From Antedon mediterranea (Eukaryota > Animalia > Echinodermata): a stretch of 64,000 nucleotides of DNA. Below, one piece after another: positions 11,913-23,834 of the stretch. Position numbers and translations under genes: made by a program. Below the pieces are notes generated by a model that had not been told where the DNA came from, made no database searches, and saw only the letters and a program-made list of their open reading frames with translations. Location: NCBI RefSeq assembly GCF_964355755.1, contig NC_092678.1:15853881-15917880 (forward strand), read 5' to 3'. The stretch's first letter is position 1. Each line of letters begins with the position of its first letter.

Positions 11913-14900
11913 ATGTCAGAAAAAGATACTAGGGAAGAGATGGTTGACCAAGAAGAGGTTGACCAAGTCAATGAAATGTATGATAACATGGCTAGGGATA
12001 TTGATTTGCCCGAAATACCCGGCGGTATGCCAAAAGATATGATGCTCAAATATTTTCGAATGAAGTTCAAGGCCGAGGCCGAAAACAAAAAGTTAGAATT
12101 ACAATACCAACAAGACCAATTAAGATTAGAAGCAGATATAGAGCAAAAGAAAATAGATATAGAGCAAAGAAAAATTGAATCACAAGAAAGAGTGAAAATG
12201 ATGGAATTAGAAAATAGGTCTAGCTACAGTAATGCTAGGAATATAATAGATGAAATTAAGATAAAGGTTCCTACTTTGAAGGAATCAGATGATATTGATA
12301 TATATTTTAGAACATTTGAACACTTGGCAGAAGCCACAGGTTGGTATAAGAATACGTGGTCCGCTAGATTAGCACCTGAACTGTCTGGTAAAGCTAGGAC
12401 AGCATATGCATCCTTAACCGTAAAAGAATGTGTAGATTATGATACCTTAAAGAAGGCAATCTTAGAAAAGTATGATGTGTCCGCAGAGACCTACAGATTT
12501 AAATTTAGAAATTCAAACAGAGTTAAAGATATGTCCATCAGGGAATTGCTGAATGAGCTCTCCCATTATTTAAAATGTTGGATGAAATGTGCTAATGTAA
12601 AAGAAGATGATGCTGCAGGCATTATTGAAAGGATTATAATGGAACAGGCACTTGATAAAATGCCTGAAGATCTGAGGCTTTATCTTAGAGATAAACAAGT
12701 AAATAAGAGCTATGATATGGCTATGATAGCCGATGATTATATAGCTAATAGAGGTGGCCGTGGCTATTGGAATGCCGTAAATTCTGAAAATAAGCCTATG
12801 TATTATAAGGGCCAAGAAAATAGTAAACCTAAGAATAGTACGTCTCAGAATAACCCTGGAGCTAGGCAGCAAGGATACAATAGGTATCGCGGAAGGGGAG
12901 GCAAATTCCACAACTATGGTAGAAATTTCCAACAGAGAGAACCTTCAAATGAATGGATTAAAGGCCTATGCTTTAATTGTAAGGAGAAGGGACATAAAAT
13001 AGGGGATTGTCCTAAGATGGTAGCAAAAGGAAAGACTAGTGACATTAAGAAGGGCCCGAATGTGAAAGATGGCTTAAGATGTGAAGGACTAAAATCAGAT
13101 AGCCCCCAAGTAGTTATAGATAGTGTAGAAAATAAAATGGAGAAATGTACAATACCAGGAAAATTAGAAGGACAGGATATAACTATGCTAAGAGACTCGG
13201 GATGTACCCAGTCAGCTGTTAAGGAAAGTCTAGTGCCTAACAAATGTTACTTGCCAGGAAAATGGGTTACGTTAAGAGGTATAGGAGGCGATATTACCGT
13301 CCCCTTAGCTGAGGTAGCTATAGAAAGTAAGATAGTGACAGGAAAAGTGATTGTAGCCGTAATCGAAGGATTACAGAGGGAAATGTTATTGGGTCATGAT
13401 TTGGACCAGAATTGTGGGGAAACAATGGCTAAAGAAATGTTCGTCCTAACTAGGGAGCAAGCCAGAATAGAAAATGATGTTAGAATACAAGACGAAATGA
13501 TATTGTTAGGGAAAGATAGTAACTTTAAGCCGATAGAAGAGCCGCCTAAAGAAACTAATGTACAATTGTTAAAAACAGTAGTAAATGACAACAAAGTAAA
13601 TAAAACTAATTGTTTAGATGATATGAATGGAACAGAAATGAATAATTTGTTTGACGAAAATCAGGATAAAGCTAAAGATAAAACAGTCAAACGTAAAACT
13701 TATGGACAACAACACAAGCTGAACCTAACCAAACAGGAACTGATCAAATTGCAAACTAAGGATGACTCACTCAAAGGAGTGTTTGACAGGGTAGTCCCTA
13801 TAGAAGAAATAGGTCAGCATAGAGTATGTTTCTTTATGAGACAAGGTATATTGATGAGAAATTGGAGTAGTATTAAAGATAAGAATAACCAAGTGGAACA
13901 GATTGTATTACCCACTCAGTGTAGACAGGGTGTATTACACTTAGGTCATAATGTGCCATTTGCAGGTCACATGGGAGTTGAGAAAACTAAAAGTAGGGTC
14001 CTGAACCAATTCTATTGGCCAGGTATATTTAAAGATGTGGTAGTCTATTGTAAAGTCTGTAAGGAATGCCAAAAGGTAGATAAGGGTAAAAGTAAAAGGA
14101 AACATACTTTGATACCATTACCGATTATAAGTACACCATTTAAACGTATAGCGATAGACATTGTTGGACCCTTATCTAGAACAAGCCGTAATAACAAATA
14201 TATGCTTACTATAATTGACTATGCTACGAGATATCCGGATGCTATCCCGTTACCCAATGTTAGAGCTGAAACAGTAGCCAGGGCTCTAATAGAAGTCTTT
14301 ACTAGAGTAGGATTACCCGAAGAGATTGTACATGATCAAGGAACTAATTTCATGTCTTCAATTATGCAATCTATATGTAGTATGTTGGGGATTAATCAAT
14401 TAAAGACTACAGTGTACCACCCCCAAAGCAATGGGCTTGTTGAAAGAGTTCACGGTACATTGAAAAATATGATAAGGACACTTACAGTAAAGCAAAGAAA
14501 AAATTGGGATAACTACATACCCCCCTTTCTGTTTGCATACAGAGAAGTTCCTAGTAAAGCAACTTTAAAACCTTTTAAATTGCTTTATGGTAGAGAGGTG
14601 AGGGGACCCTTGAGTTTACTCAAAAGTAATTGGGTAGAAGATGAAGAAACATCTACGGATGTTATCAAATACATGTTAGAAATAAGAGAAAAAATGGAGG
14701 AATTAATGAAAGATGCTAATGTAAACAAACTTGAACAACAAGAAATTATGTCCCACAATTATAACAAGAATGCTATTGATAGAGAATTTGTAGAAGGGGA
14801 CAAAGTGTTGATATTCCTTCCAGTAGGAAATAGTAAGTTAGACAGTGAATGGCAAGGCCCCTTCACTGTTACAAAAAAGGTCAATGATGTAAATTATGAA

Positions 14901-15650
14901 ATATACATAGGAGGTAGAAGAAAAGAAAAACAAATTCTACATGTTAATATGTTAAAGAGATGGTATGATAAAGTAGAAATAAGTAAAGATGGTTATTATG
15001 TAGTAACAAATGTTCAGTCGATAGAAGAAGTAGACTTAAATGAAACAGTCCATGACAATGAGTTAGATAGTGAAATAGACATAGGATTGTCTTATCATCA
15101 ATCACAAACATGGAGAGATGTTAACGTTAGTAGTAATTTAAATGATACACAAACTAAACAATTAACAGAATTGTTAAAGTACCAACAGAATGTATTCTCG
15201 GATGTACCAGGTAGAACTCACTTAGTGACACATGAAATTAAGACTAATGGTGAAATGCCTATAAGGCATAGGGCATATAGAACGCCCCAAGCATTAAAGG
15301 GTAAATTGAAAGAAGAATTAGATAGTATGTTGGCTATGGGTATAATAGAACCTACAGTTAGTGCCTATGCTGCACCTATTATTGCCCTGAAGAAAGGCCA
15401 GAATCAAATTAGAATGGTGACTGATTTTAGATCACTAAATAAGACTACACAATTTGACCCTTATGTTATGCCTCGCATAGACGAAATGTTGGATGAGGTA
15501 TCATCCGCAATATACATAACTACGTTAGATCTAACTAAAGGATTTTACCAGGTGCCTCTGGATCCTAAGACCAAAGACAAATCAGCATTTATTACACAAT
15601 TTGGACAGTATTGTTACAATGTACTTCCATTTGGTATAAATAAAAGATAA
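11913..15650 (+). CDS. Gmr1-type Gag-Pol polyprotein, truncated within RT
   Basis: Open ~1245 aa from ATG 11913: SCAN-like capsid region, CFNCKEKGHKIGDC, LRDSGC protease, HHCC + DIVGP/HDQG/VERVH integrase, then RT N-terminus up to LPFG. Confidence 0.88.
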   Translation: MSEKDTREEMVDQEEVDQVNEMYDNMARDIDLPEIPGGMPKDMMLKYFRMKFKAEAENKKLELQYQQDQLRLEADIEQKKIDIEQRKIESQERVKMMELENRSSYSNARNIIDEIKIKVPTLKESDDIDIYFRTFEHLAEATGWYKNTWSARLAPELSGKARTAYASLTVKECVDYDTLKKAILEKYDVSAETYRFKFRNSNRVKDMSIRELLNELSHYLKCWMKCANVKEDDAAGIIERIIMEQALDKMPEDLRLYLRDKQVNKSYDMAMIADDYIANRGGRGYWNAVNSENKPMYYKGQENSKPKNSTSQNNPGARQQGYNRYRGRGGKFHNYGRNFQQREPSNEWIKGLCFNCKEKGHKIGDCPKMVAKGKTSDIKKGPNVKDGLRCEGLKSDSPQVVIDSVENKMEKCTIPGKLEGQDITMLRDSGCTQSAVKESLVPNKCYLPGKWVTLRGIGGDITVPLAEVAIESKIVTGKVIVAVIEGLQREMLLGHDLDQNCGETMAKEMFVLTREQARIENDVRIQDEMILLGKDSNFKPIEEPPKETNVQLLKTVVNDNKVNKTNCLDDMNGTEMNNLFDENQDKAKDKTVKRKTYGQQHKLNLTKQELIKLQTKDDSLKGVFDRVVPIEEIGQHRVCFFMRQGILMRNWSSIKDKNNQVEQIVLPTQCRQGVLHLGHNVPFAGHMGVEKTKSRVLNQFYWPGIFKDVVVYCKVCKECQKVDKGKSKRKHTLIPLPIISTPFKRIAIDIVGPLSRTSRNNKYMLTIIDYATRYPDAIPLPNVRAETVARALIEVFTRVGLPEEIVHDQGTNFMSSIMQSICSMLGINQLKTTVYHPQSNGLVERVHGTLKNMIRTLTVKQRKNWDNYIPPFLFAYREVPSKATLKPFKLLYGREVRGPLSLLKSNWVEDEETSTDVIKYMLEIREKMEELMKDANVNKLEQQEIMSHNYNKNAIDREFVEGDKVLIFLPVGNSKLDSEWQGPFTVTKKVNDVNYEIYIGGRRKEKQILHVNMLKRWYDKVEISKDGYYVVTNVQSIEEVDLNETVHDNELDSEIDIGLSYHQSQTWRDVNVSSNLNDTQTKQLTELLKYQQNVFSDVPGRTHLVTHEIKTNGEMPIRHRAYRTPQALKGKLKEELDSMLAMGIIEPTVSAYAAPIIALKKGQNQIRMVTDFRSLNKTTQFDPYVMPRIDEMLDEVSSAIYITTLDLTKGFYQVPLDPKTKDKSAFITQFGQYCYNVLPFGINKR

Positions 15651-15870
15651 ATTCACTACAATGGCCATATCGGAGAAGAAGCAACGAAACGTAGAGCACG
15701 CGACATTGTATTCTGGCCAAAGATGAGTCAAGATATTTACAATCTTATTGAAAGATGTAGTGTATGTAACAGCGCTAAATCACACATACAAAAAGAACTA
15801 CTTCAAAGTTATCCCATACCATCTCTGCCATGGGAAACTATTGGAGTAGACCTATTTCATTGGAATCATC
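15643..15870 (+). repeat. 228-bp copy of 16949-17176 replacing the RT catalytic core
   Basis: Identical except one substitution; spans the inner LTR end plus outer integrase sequence. Confidence 0.95.
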
Positions 15871-16460
15871 GACCTTTGTCTAAGAAACAAGTCCGATCAT
15901 TTCTCGGATTAACGGGCTATTACAGAAAATTTGTACAGAACTATGCCAATATTGCTAAGCCATTGATTGATTTAACTTTAAAGAGTAAAAGTAATACCGT
16001 TAAGTGGAATGAACAATGTGAAAATGCCTTTGTAACTTTAAAGAAACGACTTACTGATGATAATGTATTAAAAGCCCCAAATTTTGATAAGATGTTTATA
16101 TTGCAAACCGATGCCTCAAATTATGGCATAGGTGCAGTGCTGAGCCAAATAGATGGTGAGGGTAATGATTATCCCATTGTGTACTTAAGTAGAAAGTTAT
16201 CTGTACATGAGCAGAGATATTCTGTGCCAGAAAAAGAGTGCCTCTCTATTGTTTGGGCTATCAATAAACTTAAGTATTATCTGTATGGTTGTGAATTTCA
16301 AGTTCATACTGACCACCAGGCATTGAGATGGATGGACTCAATGAAGGGTGCCAATGTTAGACTTATGAGATGGGCTCTGTTTTTACAAGGATATAAATTT
16401 AAAGTTATTTACAAGAAAGGGTCATTAAATGAAAATGCAGATGGATTAAGCCGTGCATAA
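15871..16460 (+). CDS. RT thumb and RNase H of the Gmr1-type element
   Basis: QVRSFLGLTGYYRKF, LQTDASNYGIGAVLSQ, EKECL, TDHQAL, NADGLSR. Confidence 0.9.
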
Positions 16461-16966
16461 ATATTATAGAGGTGTTATATTTGTAGATAGTTTATAGTAA
16501 AATGGTTTTAAATGTTAAATTTTTGGAAAGATTGACACAATCTTTTTCCCAAAAAGGGGAATGTCATATTATTGATGTTGTGATTCTCTGTGTTTAGAGA
16601 AGGATGCTTTAGACCAGGTCCGCCTTATTATTAGCCAATCAAAATCGTGTAAATTTTGGAGGGAAAATGTTATCCTCCTCTGAAGCCTAAAATTTGCATA
16701 TCCAGTATAACAGTAGAATGTAATAGATATTAAGGGGAGAAGAGAGAATAAGATCAGAGTAGATAAACGGAAAGATGATAAAGATAATATTAAGGCTTGA
16801 CTGGTAGTGGTAGAAAGATGTATTAATCGAATTACAAGGAATAAAAGTTCTAGTTGAGTTAAATATACTTTTTGTATGAGTTATCATTCGGTGACAGCTG
16901 TGTACGTCGCGTGGAAATATATACGCCTGAGAAAGCTCGGAACCAACTAAAGATAAATTCACTACA

Positions 16967-17447
16967 ATGGCCATATCGGAGAAGAAGCAACGAAACGTAG
17001 AGCACGCGACATTTTATTCTGGCCAAAGATGAGTCAAGATATTTACAATCTTATTGAAAGATGTAGTGTATGTAACAGCGCTAAATCACACATACAAAAA
17101 GAACTACTTCAAAGTTATCCCATACCATCTCTGCCATGGGAAACTATTGGAGTAGACCTATTTCATTGGAATCATCATGACTACGTCGCAATTGGTGACA
17201 AATATTCAAATTGGTTAGATATGGAAATTCTACAAGACATAACATCGTATTCTGTGATCCAATACCTAAAGAAACAATTCGCTATACATGGTACACCGAA
17301 CACGCTAATTAGCGACAATGGAAAGCAGTTTGTTTGTCATGAATTCAGCGAGTTTGCCAAATCATGGAACATTCATCATATTCCGAGCAGCCCACAGTAC
17401 CCCCAGTCTAATGGACTCGCAGAAAGCGCAGTGAAAAGGAGTAAAAA
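16967..17447 (+). pseudogene. Outer Gypsy integrase (zinc finger and core)
   Basis: GHIGEEATKRRAR..WPKM..CSVC..GVDLF..SDNGKQF..PQSNGLAESAVK; continues after the LINE at 21539. Confidence 0.9.
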
Positions 17448-20400
17448 CAAGATCTATCCTCCGATCACATAGATCGAGCCCATCGCACAGGCAAACGTAA
17501 CGAGAAGAAATCAAAACCCAGACCCATTATTGTTAAATTTACTTCATATCAACACTGAAAGAAAGTGATTGTACAGAGAAGAAAATTAAAGGGTTCTGGC
17601 ATTTCTATACAGGAAGACCCCACCAGTCATAGAAGGGAGTTGTTATACAGAGCAAGTAGGCACGAGAAGGTGAAGAGTGCATGGTCCATTGACGGACGAA
17701 TCTATGCTAGCTCTGTTTCTAACGGAAAGGAAATTAGACACCATATTCGTACTTTTCTGGACCTAGATAACATCTCATAAAGAAGATCAGCAAACGAAGG
17801 GAAGTAAACAATTAACTGTTTCTTTTTCTTATTCAACATTTTAACTCTATATTACCACTTACATACATTGCATGCATCCCTTTCTTTTATCATCATGAAT
17901 AATAACTGCATGCTAATTTATTGACATCTAAATGACACCGCGGACACTTTTTCCTGTTTTGCTTCACCTCATGCTTGCGTTATTACTTTTATTAATTTTG
18001 TTTTCACTGCAAAGTTGTTTGACTCCTGTTTTTACTTTTTCCATGAACATTTGCTTGTTCTTTCCTTTGTAACTTAATTAAGCTCTGAGACTGTTTTTGA
18101 ACTTGTATACTATCTTATACCGTTACTTGTAATTATTGTTATTGTTCTTTGTTATGTCCAATATTTATTCTGACAAAAATGAAACTGATCGTCTTTCTAA
18201 TTTAGTTTTTAATCCATTCTCATTTAATGATAATCATAATGCTAATATTGATCCAGATCTTCAATTTTTTACTGATTCTATGAATATATCTAATTATTTT
18301 CATCCAAGTGATTTTTCTCAATATACTAACGAAATTGATAATAAGAAAAGCTTTTCCACCATACACTTCAATTCCAGAAGCCTTAGTCGTAATTTTGATT
18401 CGATTAATATTCTTTTAAATTCCTTAAATTTCAACTTTGATATAATTTCTATTACGGAAAGTTGGTTGAAGCATGATAGCCCTTTACTGCATATTCCAAA
18501 CTACTCTTTTATTTCTAAACATAGACATATGAAAGTTGGCGGTGGTGTAGCAATGTTTGTTCGAAATGAACTTTCATTTAAAGAAAGAGAAGATCTGTCA
18601 ATTGACCAATCTATTTGTGATTCCCTATTTATTGAAATTGAACAAAAATCAGCCAAAAACATTATTGTTGGCACAATATATAGGGCCCCTTCACTGGATA
18701 CAAATGCATTCCTAGATAAAATAGAGCTATTACTTAGTAACCTTTCCAATAAGAACAAGACTGTTTTCTTACTAGGTGATTGTAACATTGATATTTTAAA
18801 ATACGAATCAAGTAATCATTCTTTCAATTTTATAAATACCATGTTTAGCAACTTTTTTCTTCCTCTTATTCACCGCCCCACTAGAATTACTGCTACTACT
18901 GCCTCATTGTGAGACAATATAATTACCAACCAAACGGAATTTCCCAACCACAATGGAATCATTTATAGTGATGCCACTGACCATTTACCTTTTTTTAACA
19001 TATCTTCTTTAACTAACATTGTCCATAATTCGAGATCTAAACTTTCAATGTTGTTTACTAGGAAAATTAACGAGCGCAATATTGAAAGTTTTAAGTTAGA
19101 TTTGCAAGCAACCTCGTGGGACCATGTTTTTAATTCACAAGATCAAAATGAGGCATATAATTTATTTGACACCACATTTAAACATATGTACGATAAAAAC
19201 TTCCCCCTTGAACAAAGAACAAATAAGAAACGCAAACTTAAACTTGGATGACTGATGGCTTATTAAAATCCACAACACATAAACACAAATTATATGCTAA
19301 ATTCTTGCACAACCCATCTGAAAAAAACAAAAATGAATATAAACGTTTCCGTAACAAACTTAACACATTGATTAGACAAGTTAAAATTGATCACTTTAAC
19401 AACACCTTCTCACAGCATAAAAATGATATCAAAGGAACTTGGAAAATTATCAATTCTTTATTGAATAAACCTAAGAATAATCAGCCCGACTTACAAATCA
19501 AATGTGATGGCGAATTATCAAATGATCCAATTAAAATTTCAAATTCTTTTAATCAGTTTTTTGGACAGATTGGACCTACGCTTGCAAGTCAAATACCATC
19601 ACATGCAACAAATTATAAAGACTACTTACCGAACCCTACTCTCAATTCCCTATTTCTTATCCCTGTTGACGATAATGAAATACTCAACACAGTCAAATAT
19701 TTCAAGAATAATAAGGCTCCAGGTTTTGACGATATTAGTACTAATATAGTTAAGCAAACATGTAGCCTTATCTCTCACCCACTTTGCTATATTTTTAACC
19801 TGTCTATGTCTAAAGGAGTGTTTCCAAACAAATTAAAACTTGCAAAAGTAACCCCCCATCTATACATCTGGAGTCAAGTCTGATGTTAGCAATTATCGTC
19901 CTATCTCCATTCTGTCAATTTTCTCCAAAATGTTTGAACGCATCATTTATGATCGGAATACAAATTTATTTTAAAACACAATATTCTTTCTGACCATCAA
20001 TATGGCTTTCGAAAAGGATATGATACTTCGATGGCTCTTTTACAACTTACTAATAGTAATGTGGATGCATTTGAAAAAAAACATTTTGCTATTGGAACAT
20101 TCATTGATCTCTCAAAAGCTTTTGATACTATCAATCATAACATTCTCTTATCCAAACTTTTCATTTATGGAATCCGTTGACCTGCACATGATCTATTTAA
20201 AAGTTATCTGTCAAATAGATTTCAATGTACTAAATATAGCAATGTTACCTCTCATTTTACACCTATATCATGTGGAGTCCCCCAAGGTTCACTGCTTGGC
20301 CCACTTTTATTTTCTTAATATAAATGACATTTGTTCATCCTCTAAATTATTTTTTTTCTGCCTCTATGCTGACGATACTACCCTCCTTTATACAAATCCA

Positions 20401-21538
20401 AATATTCATTCACTTGTTGCGGTTGTCAACCAGGAACTGACTAAAGTGTGTGAATATTTCCGAGCAAACAAACTTTCCATAAACGTTAAGAAATGCTGTT
20501 CTATTTTGTTTCGAAACACTCGCAAACCTGTAAATCTTGATGATAGACATATTAAAATTAATGAACATTTATTGTTCCACTCGTTGAAAATACAAAATTG
20601 ATTCAGGTCTCACTTGGAAGCAACATATGAAAGAAATTGAAAAAAAAATATCCAAAAATACTGGTATCATTTTTAGACTGTCTTTTTTTCTTCCCAAAAA
20701 CATTCTTCATACCTTGTATTGTACTCTTATTTTACCATATTTAAACTATTGCAATGTAGTCTGGTGCAACACGTATGAGTCCAACACTAGCAGATTATTA
20801 TCAAACAGAAGAAAGTAGTTCGAATAATATCAGGTGCACCACCACTAGCTCACTCAGATCCCTTATTTTCCTCCCTAAACCTTTTAAAGTTGAAAGATCT
20901 TAACTATCATCAACAGTGTACTTTTCTCTACTCATCGATTAACTCCCTAAACCCACCTCAATTTACAAATTTATTCCAACCAAACGCATCTTTTCACAAT
21001 TATAGAACTCGAACTGTACAGGATATGCATATCCCTCTTCATAAAAAAACTTCATTTCAATATAACATAAGATTTAGTGGACCTAAACTATGGAATAAAC
21101 TACCTTCAAATATTAAAGTTGCTGTATCTAAGAAAAGCTTTTCATTTAAACTTAAAAGATATATCACATCCAAGTATTAATTTTTATTATATTACATTTT
21201 ATGATAATAATTTTAATGATGAGTAACAAGAAGAAGACGAATCAATTCTTTATTTATACCAAAATTGTTTTTTGTTGTTGTTATTTTACTTATTTAGTTT
21301 AACCCATGTTATGTAAATTTTTTATATTGTTATTTCTTTATTTTTTTAATTAATTAATTTATTTATTTATTTTCTTTTTCCGTGTTGTTTTTATCTAATA
21401 TTTGTTTAGGCATGTCTGTCACAAGCTTTTTGCTTTTTTGATCATGCCTTCTTCAATCATATTACCTTTCTTTACACCATTTTGTTGACTGTTTTATTTT
21501 GAAGAAAATAAATGTTACTTTGAATTGAAAAAAAAAAA
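17448..21538 (+). mobile_element. CR1/L2-group (Crack-like) LINE, 5'-truncated in ORF1, inserted in the outer integrase
   Basis: ORF1 C-terminus (PRPIIVKF, ISIQED), ORF2, AT-rich 3' UTR, AATAAA and poly-A; the integrase reading frame resumes after it. Confidence 0.9.
18154..21180 (+). pseudogene. LINE ORF2 (APE endonuclease + RT), frameshifted
   Basis: HFNSRSL, ITESWL, GGGVAMF, IYRAP, GDCNID; KAPGFD, DLSKAFD, GVPQGS, YADDT (~20365); several frameshifts and stops. Confidence 0.9.
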
Positions 21539-22070
21539 CTCCTGGAGAAAACCGAACGAGAACAGTCAGACCTCTATCGTAATTTGCTCAACATCCGAAA
21601 TGTCCCAACACAACCCACACTCGCGTCCTCAGCACAGAGACTAATGTCCAGAAGACTTCGAACAACTATCCCTACAAACAAACAATTGTTAAAACCAACC
21701 ATGACATCAGGCGTACAAGAACAACTCAAGAAAAAACAACAACAGAACAAATCATCATACGACAAGTCAGCAAAACCGCTACGCAAACTCCGACCCGGTC
21801 AAGTTGTAAGACTACAAACACCAAAAGGTTTCGACCAACTCGGAACAATATTAAAATCCTCAACCAATCCACGATCATACATTGTAAGTACCAAGGGTAC
21901 AAAGTAACGCAGAAATCGCAGACACATCATCCCGGTATCCGAACCTGACCCGGTATTCTCGGAAAACAACAACAACAGCGACACACAACTATCACACACC
22001 AAAGTACACCAACCACCGCCGACAACGCGATATGGAAGAGTGGTACGTCGAAATCCCCGTTATGATTTGT
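21539..22070 (+). pseudogene. Outer Gypsy integrase C-terminus
   Basis: LLNIRNVP..SSAQRLMSRRLRTTIP..YDKSAKPL..PRSYIV..RRNRRH..TRYGRVV. Confidence 0.85.
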
Positions 22071-22423
22071 GAACTCTGATTATTGAAGAAGCTGTTGAAT
22101 ATATTGAATTGAACTTTTCATTATCTTAATTGACTGTTTACAAAAGAACTCTATATAATCATAAATATACAACTCATAACTAACAAAGGGAGATGTAGAA
22201 CTATATAGCATCTCATATCTGATCGCACCTAATTATAGTAGTGAGCCCTCTATAGTTTAATCAATATGAGCAACCCCTAATGAATACCCCTATATATGAC
22301 CATGCTCTCTCTCTCTGCATGCGGATTCTTTGTACACACAAGTAACTAATAGAATACAATCATATCAATCAGTTATAACGTAGTCCGGCTAATATATTTT
22401 ATCAGCGAGAGCTTACACTACCG

Positions 22424-23260
22424 TTAACACTTTGACTGCCAAAGGTTTTTCCAGTTAGAAACTGCCACCACCAGCGTTTATAGCCCAATTCAATATTTTT
22501 ATTAAAGCTGATTGAAACTATGTATGTGATCTGATTTACATGTAATTTAGACTAAAATAATCATGAAGATTTTAGCTTTACAATGGTACCAAGAACGATT
22601 TTCAAATCGCTATATGTAAATCGTAATAGTAAAATGAAAGTAACTCACTTTTTGAGTTTTTCGTCGTTTCGCGCAAGAAAGTCGAGATATTCGCGATTTT
22701 GTGCAAGACATCACAATATGAAAATATCGCCCGGGGAGATAAACAAACAACGAAAAAGTTACTTACACGGCACCGGTAGGCCTATAAAAACAAGTTCACT
22801 ATCTATCACTATCGAAAAATGTATTACATTTCATAAATCATAAATCTTACATCAATGTTTTGCCAAAACCCACATACTAAAGACACCAGGCCTAGTTAAC
22901 TAGGCCTAAAGTTTTTCCGGAACCGTTTTACGACTAGGCCTAGGCTATAGCTACTAGCCTAGCTAGTAAACTGATGATAATATTTATACCATTTCTAAAC
23001 AAGTTTGTTGCGTGAAACTCGGCCACTTACAGTGAAACACCAAAACAATTAGGGTATACATACAATAATACAATTAAAGACTTCATATTGAAAATTCATC
23101 CATTATTTTTTATTCAGATAACAAACAAACATGCCAATCCACATAAACCTTTGTAATGCTTCGGCGGCATAGCTAGCGCGCGACCGATACACAATGCGCC
23201 AAACCATCGCTGTACGCGCTACTGTGATGCGCGGTGTATGTTATTTCGACAGGTACCATT
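22424..23260. mobile_element. Possible piggyBac-like element end (one terminus only)
   Basis: Similarity to the empty site stops exactly at TTAA, followed by CACTTTGACTGCC; no matching right TIR found, so the right boundary is approximate. Confidence 0.4.
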
Positions 23261-23698
23261 TTGGTATCAAATGTATCAACCTATTTATGGAACTTACGTA
23301 TCAAAAATAAACTACGGACTGAAATTGTGGTTTTTTGTGGATGGTGCTAATTGGAATGATTCGTCCACGATAGCCCAGTATTTTTACAATTAACTAATAT
23401 TAATTTTCTGTTGTATCATTTTCATTTCTATAATTTTAAATAAAAATAGTATAATCATAATAACATTTTTTTTAAATATAAGCTTTAGAAATAACGTAAC
23501 TGCGATCAACGTTTTAATGTTCCATTATCTAATTTAACTTTTCCGTTGTATCATTCTCATTTCTATAAGCTGTAATAACAATATTATAAATTATAATATT
23601 TTTTTGAAATAATATAACTGTAGAAAGAACGTAACTGCGTAACTATGTAGGCTTACAGTTTGCACTTTCCACACAACAGGTTCTTGGATGATACTTAC

Positions 23699-23834
23699 AA
23701 GTTTGTTATTGGTTGATGGTTATTGTAGGTCCTGACGGATTGTGCTGTTGTTGTATTAATATATTTCTGACATCTTAAGTAGCTTAATGAACACTTGCAT
23801 TGGATTGGACATATCTGTGTTAGGAATAATTGTT
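23699..23834 (-). CDS. LRRNT exon of the CUB-LRRNT-LRR gene
   Basis: ttttacag|..|gtaagt; phase 1-2; (E)QLFLTQICPIQCKCSLSYLRCQKY..PITN(L), the CPxxCxC..C N-cap. Confidence 0.85.

Larger units (their letters stand above)
11891..16966 (+). mobile_element. Gmr1-type Gypsy LTR retrotransposon nested in the outer element; 5' LTR deleted
   Basis: Domain order Gag-CCHC-PR-IN-RT-RH; PPT at 16551-16561; 3' LTR 16562-16966 (TGTCA..CTACA). Confidence 0.9.
9864..22417 (+). mobile_element. Ty3/Gypsy LTR retrotransposon (Mag-like), degenerate, hosting two nested insertions
   Basis: 224-bp LTRs at 9864-10087 and 22194-22417 (5 substitutions by eye), TSD CTACC, PBS at 10088, PPT AAAGGGAGA at 22185-22193, gag/PR/RT/IN remnants. 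Confidence 0.95.

Noticed and set aside
11205-13594. Antisense ORFs over retroelement coding regions (also 18501, 21574, 40234-41512)
   Set aside because: Shadow ORFs of the sense-strand genes, with no recognisable motifs.
15723-16460. Novel integrase-RNase H fusion gene
   Set aside because: By-product of the 228-bp duplication; no independent evidence of function.
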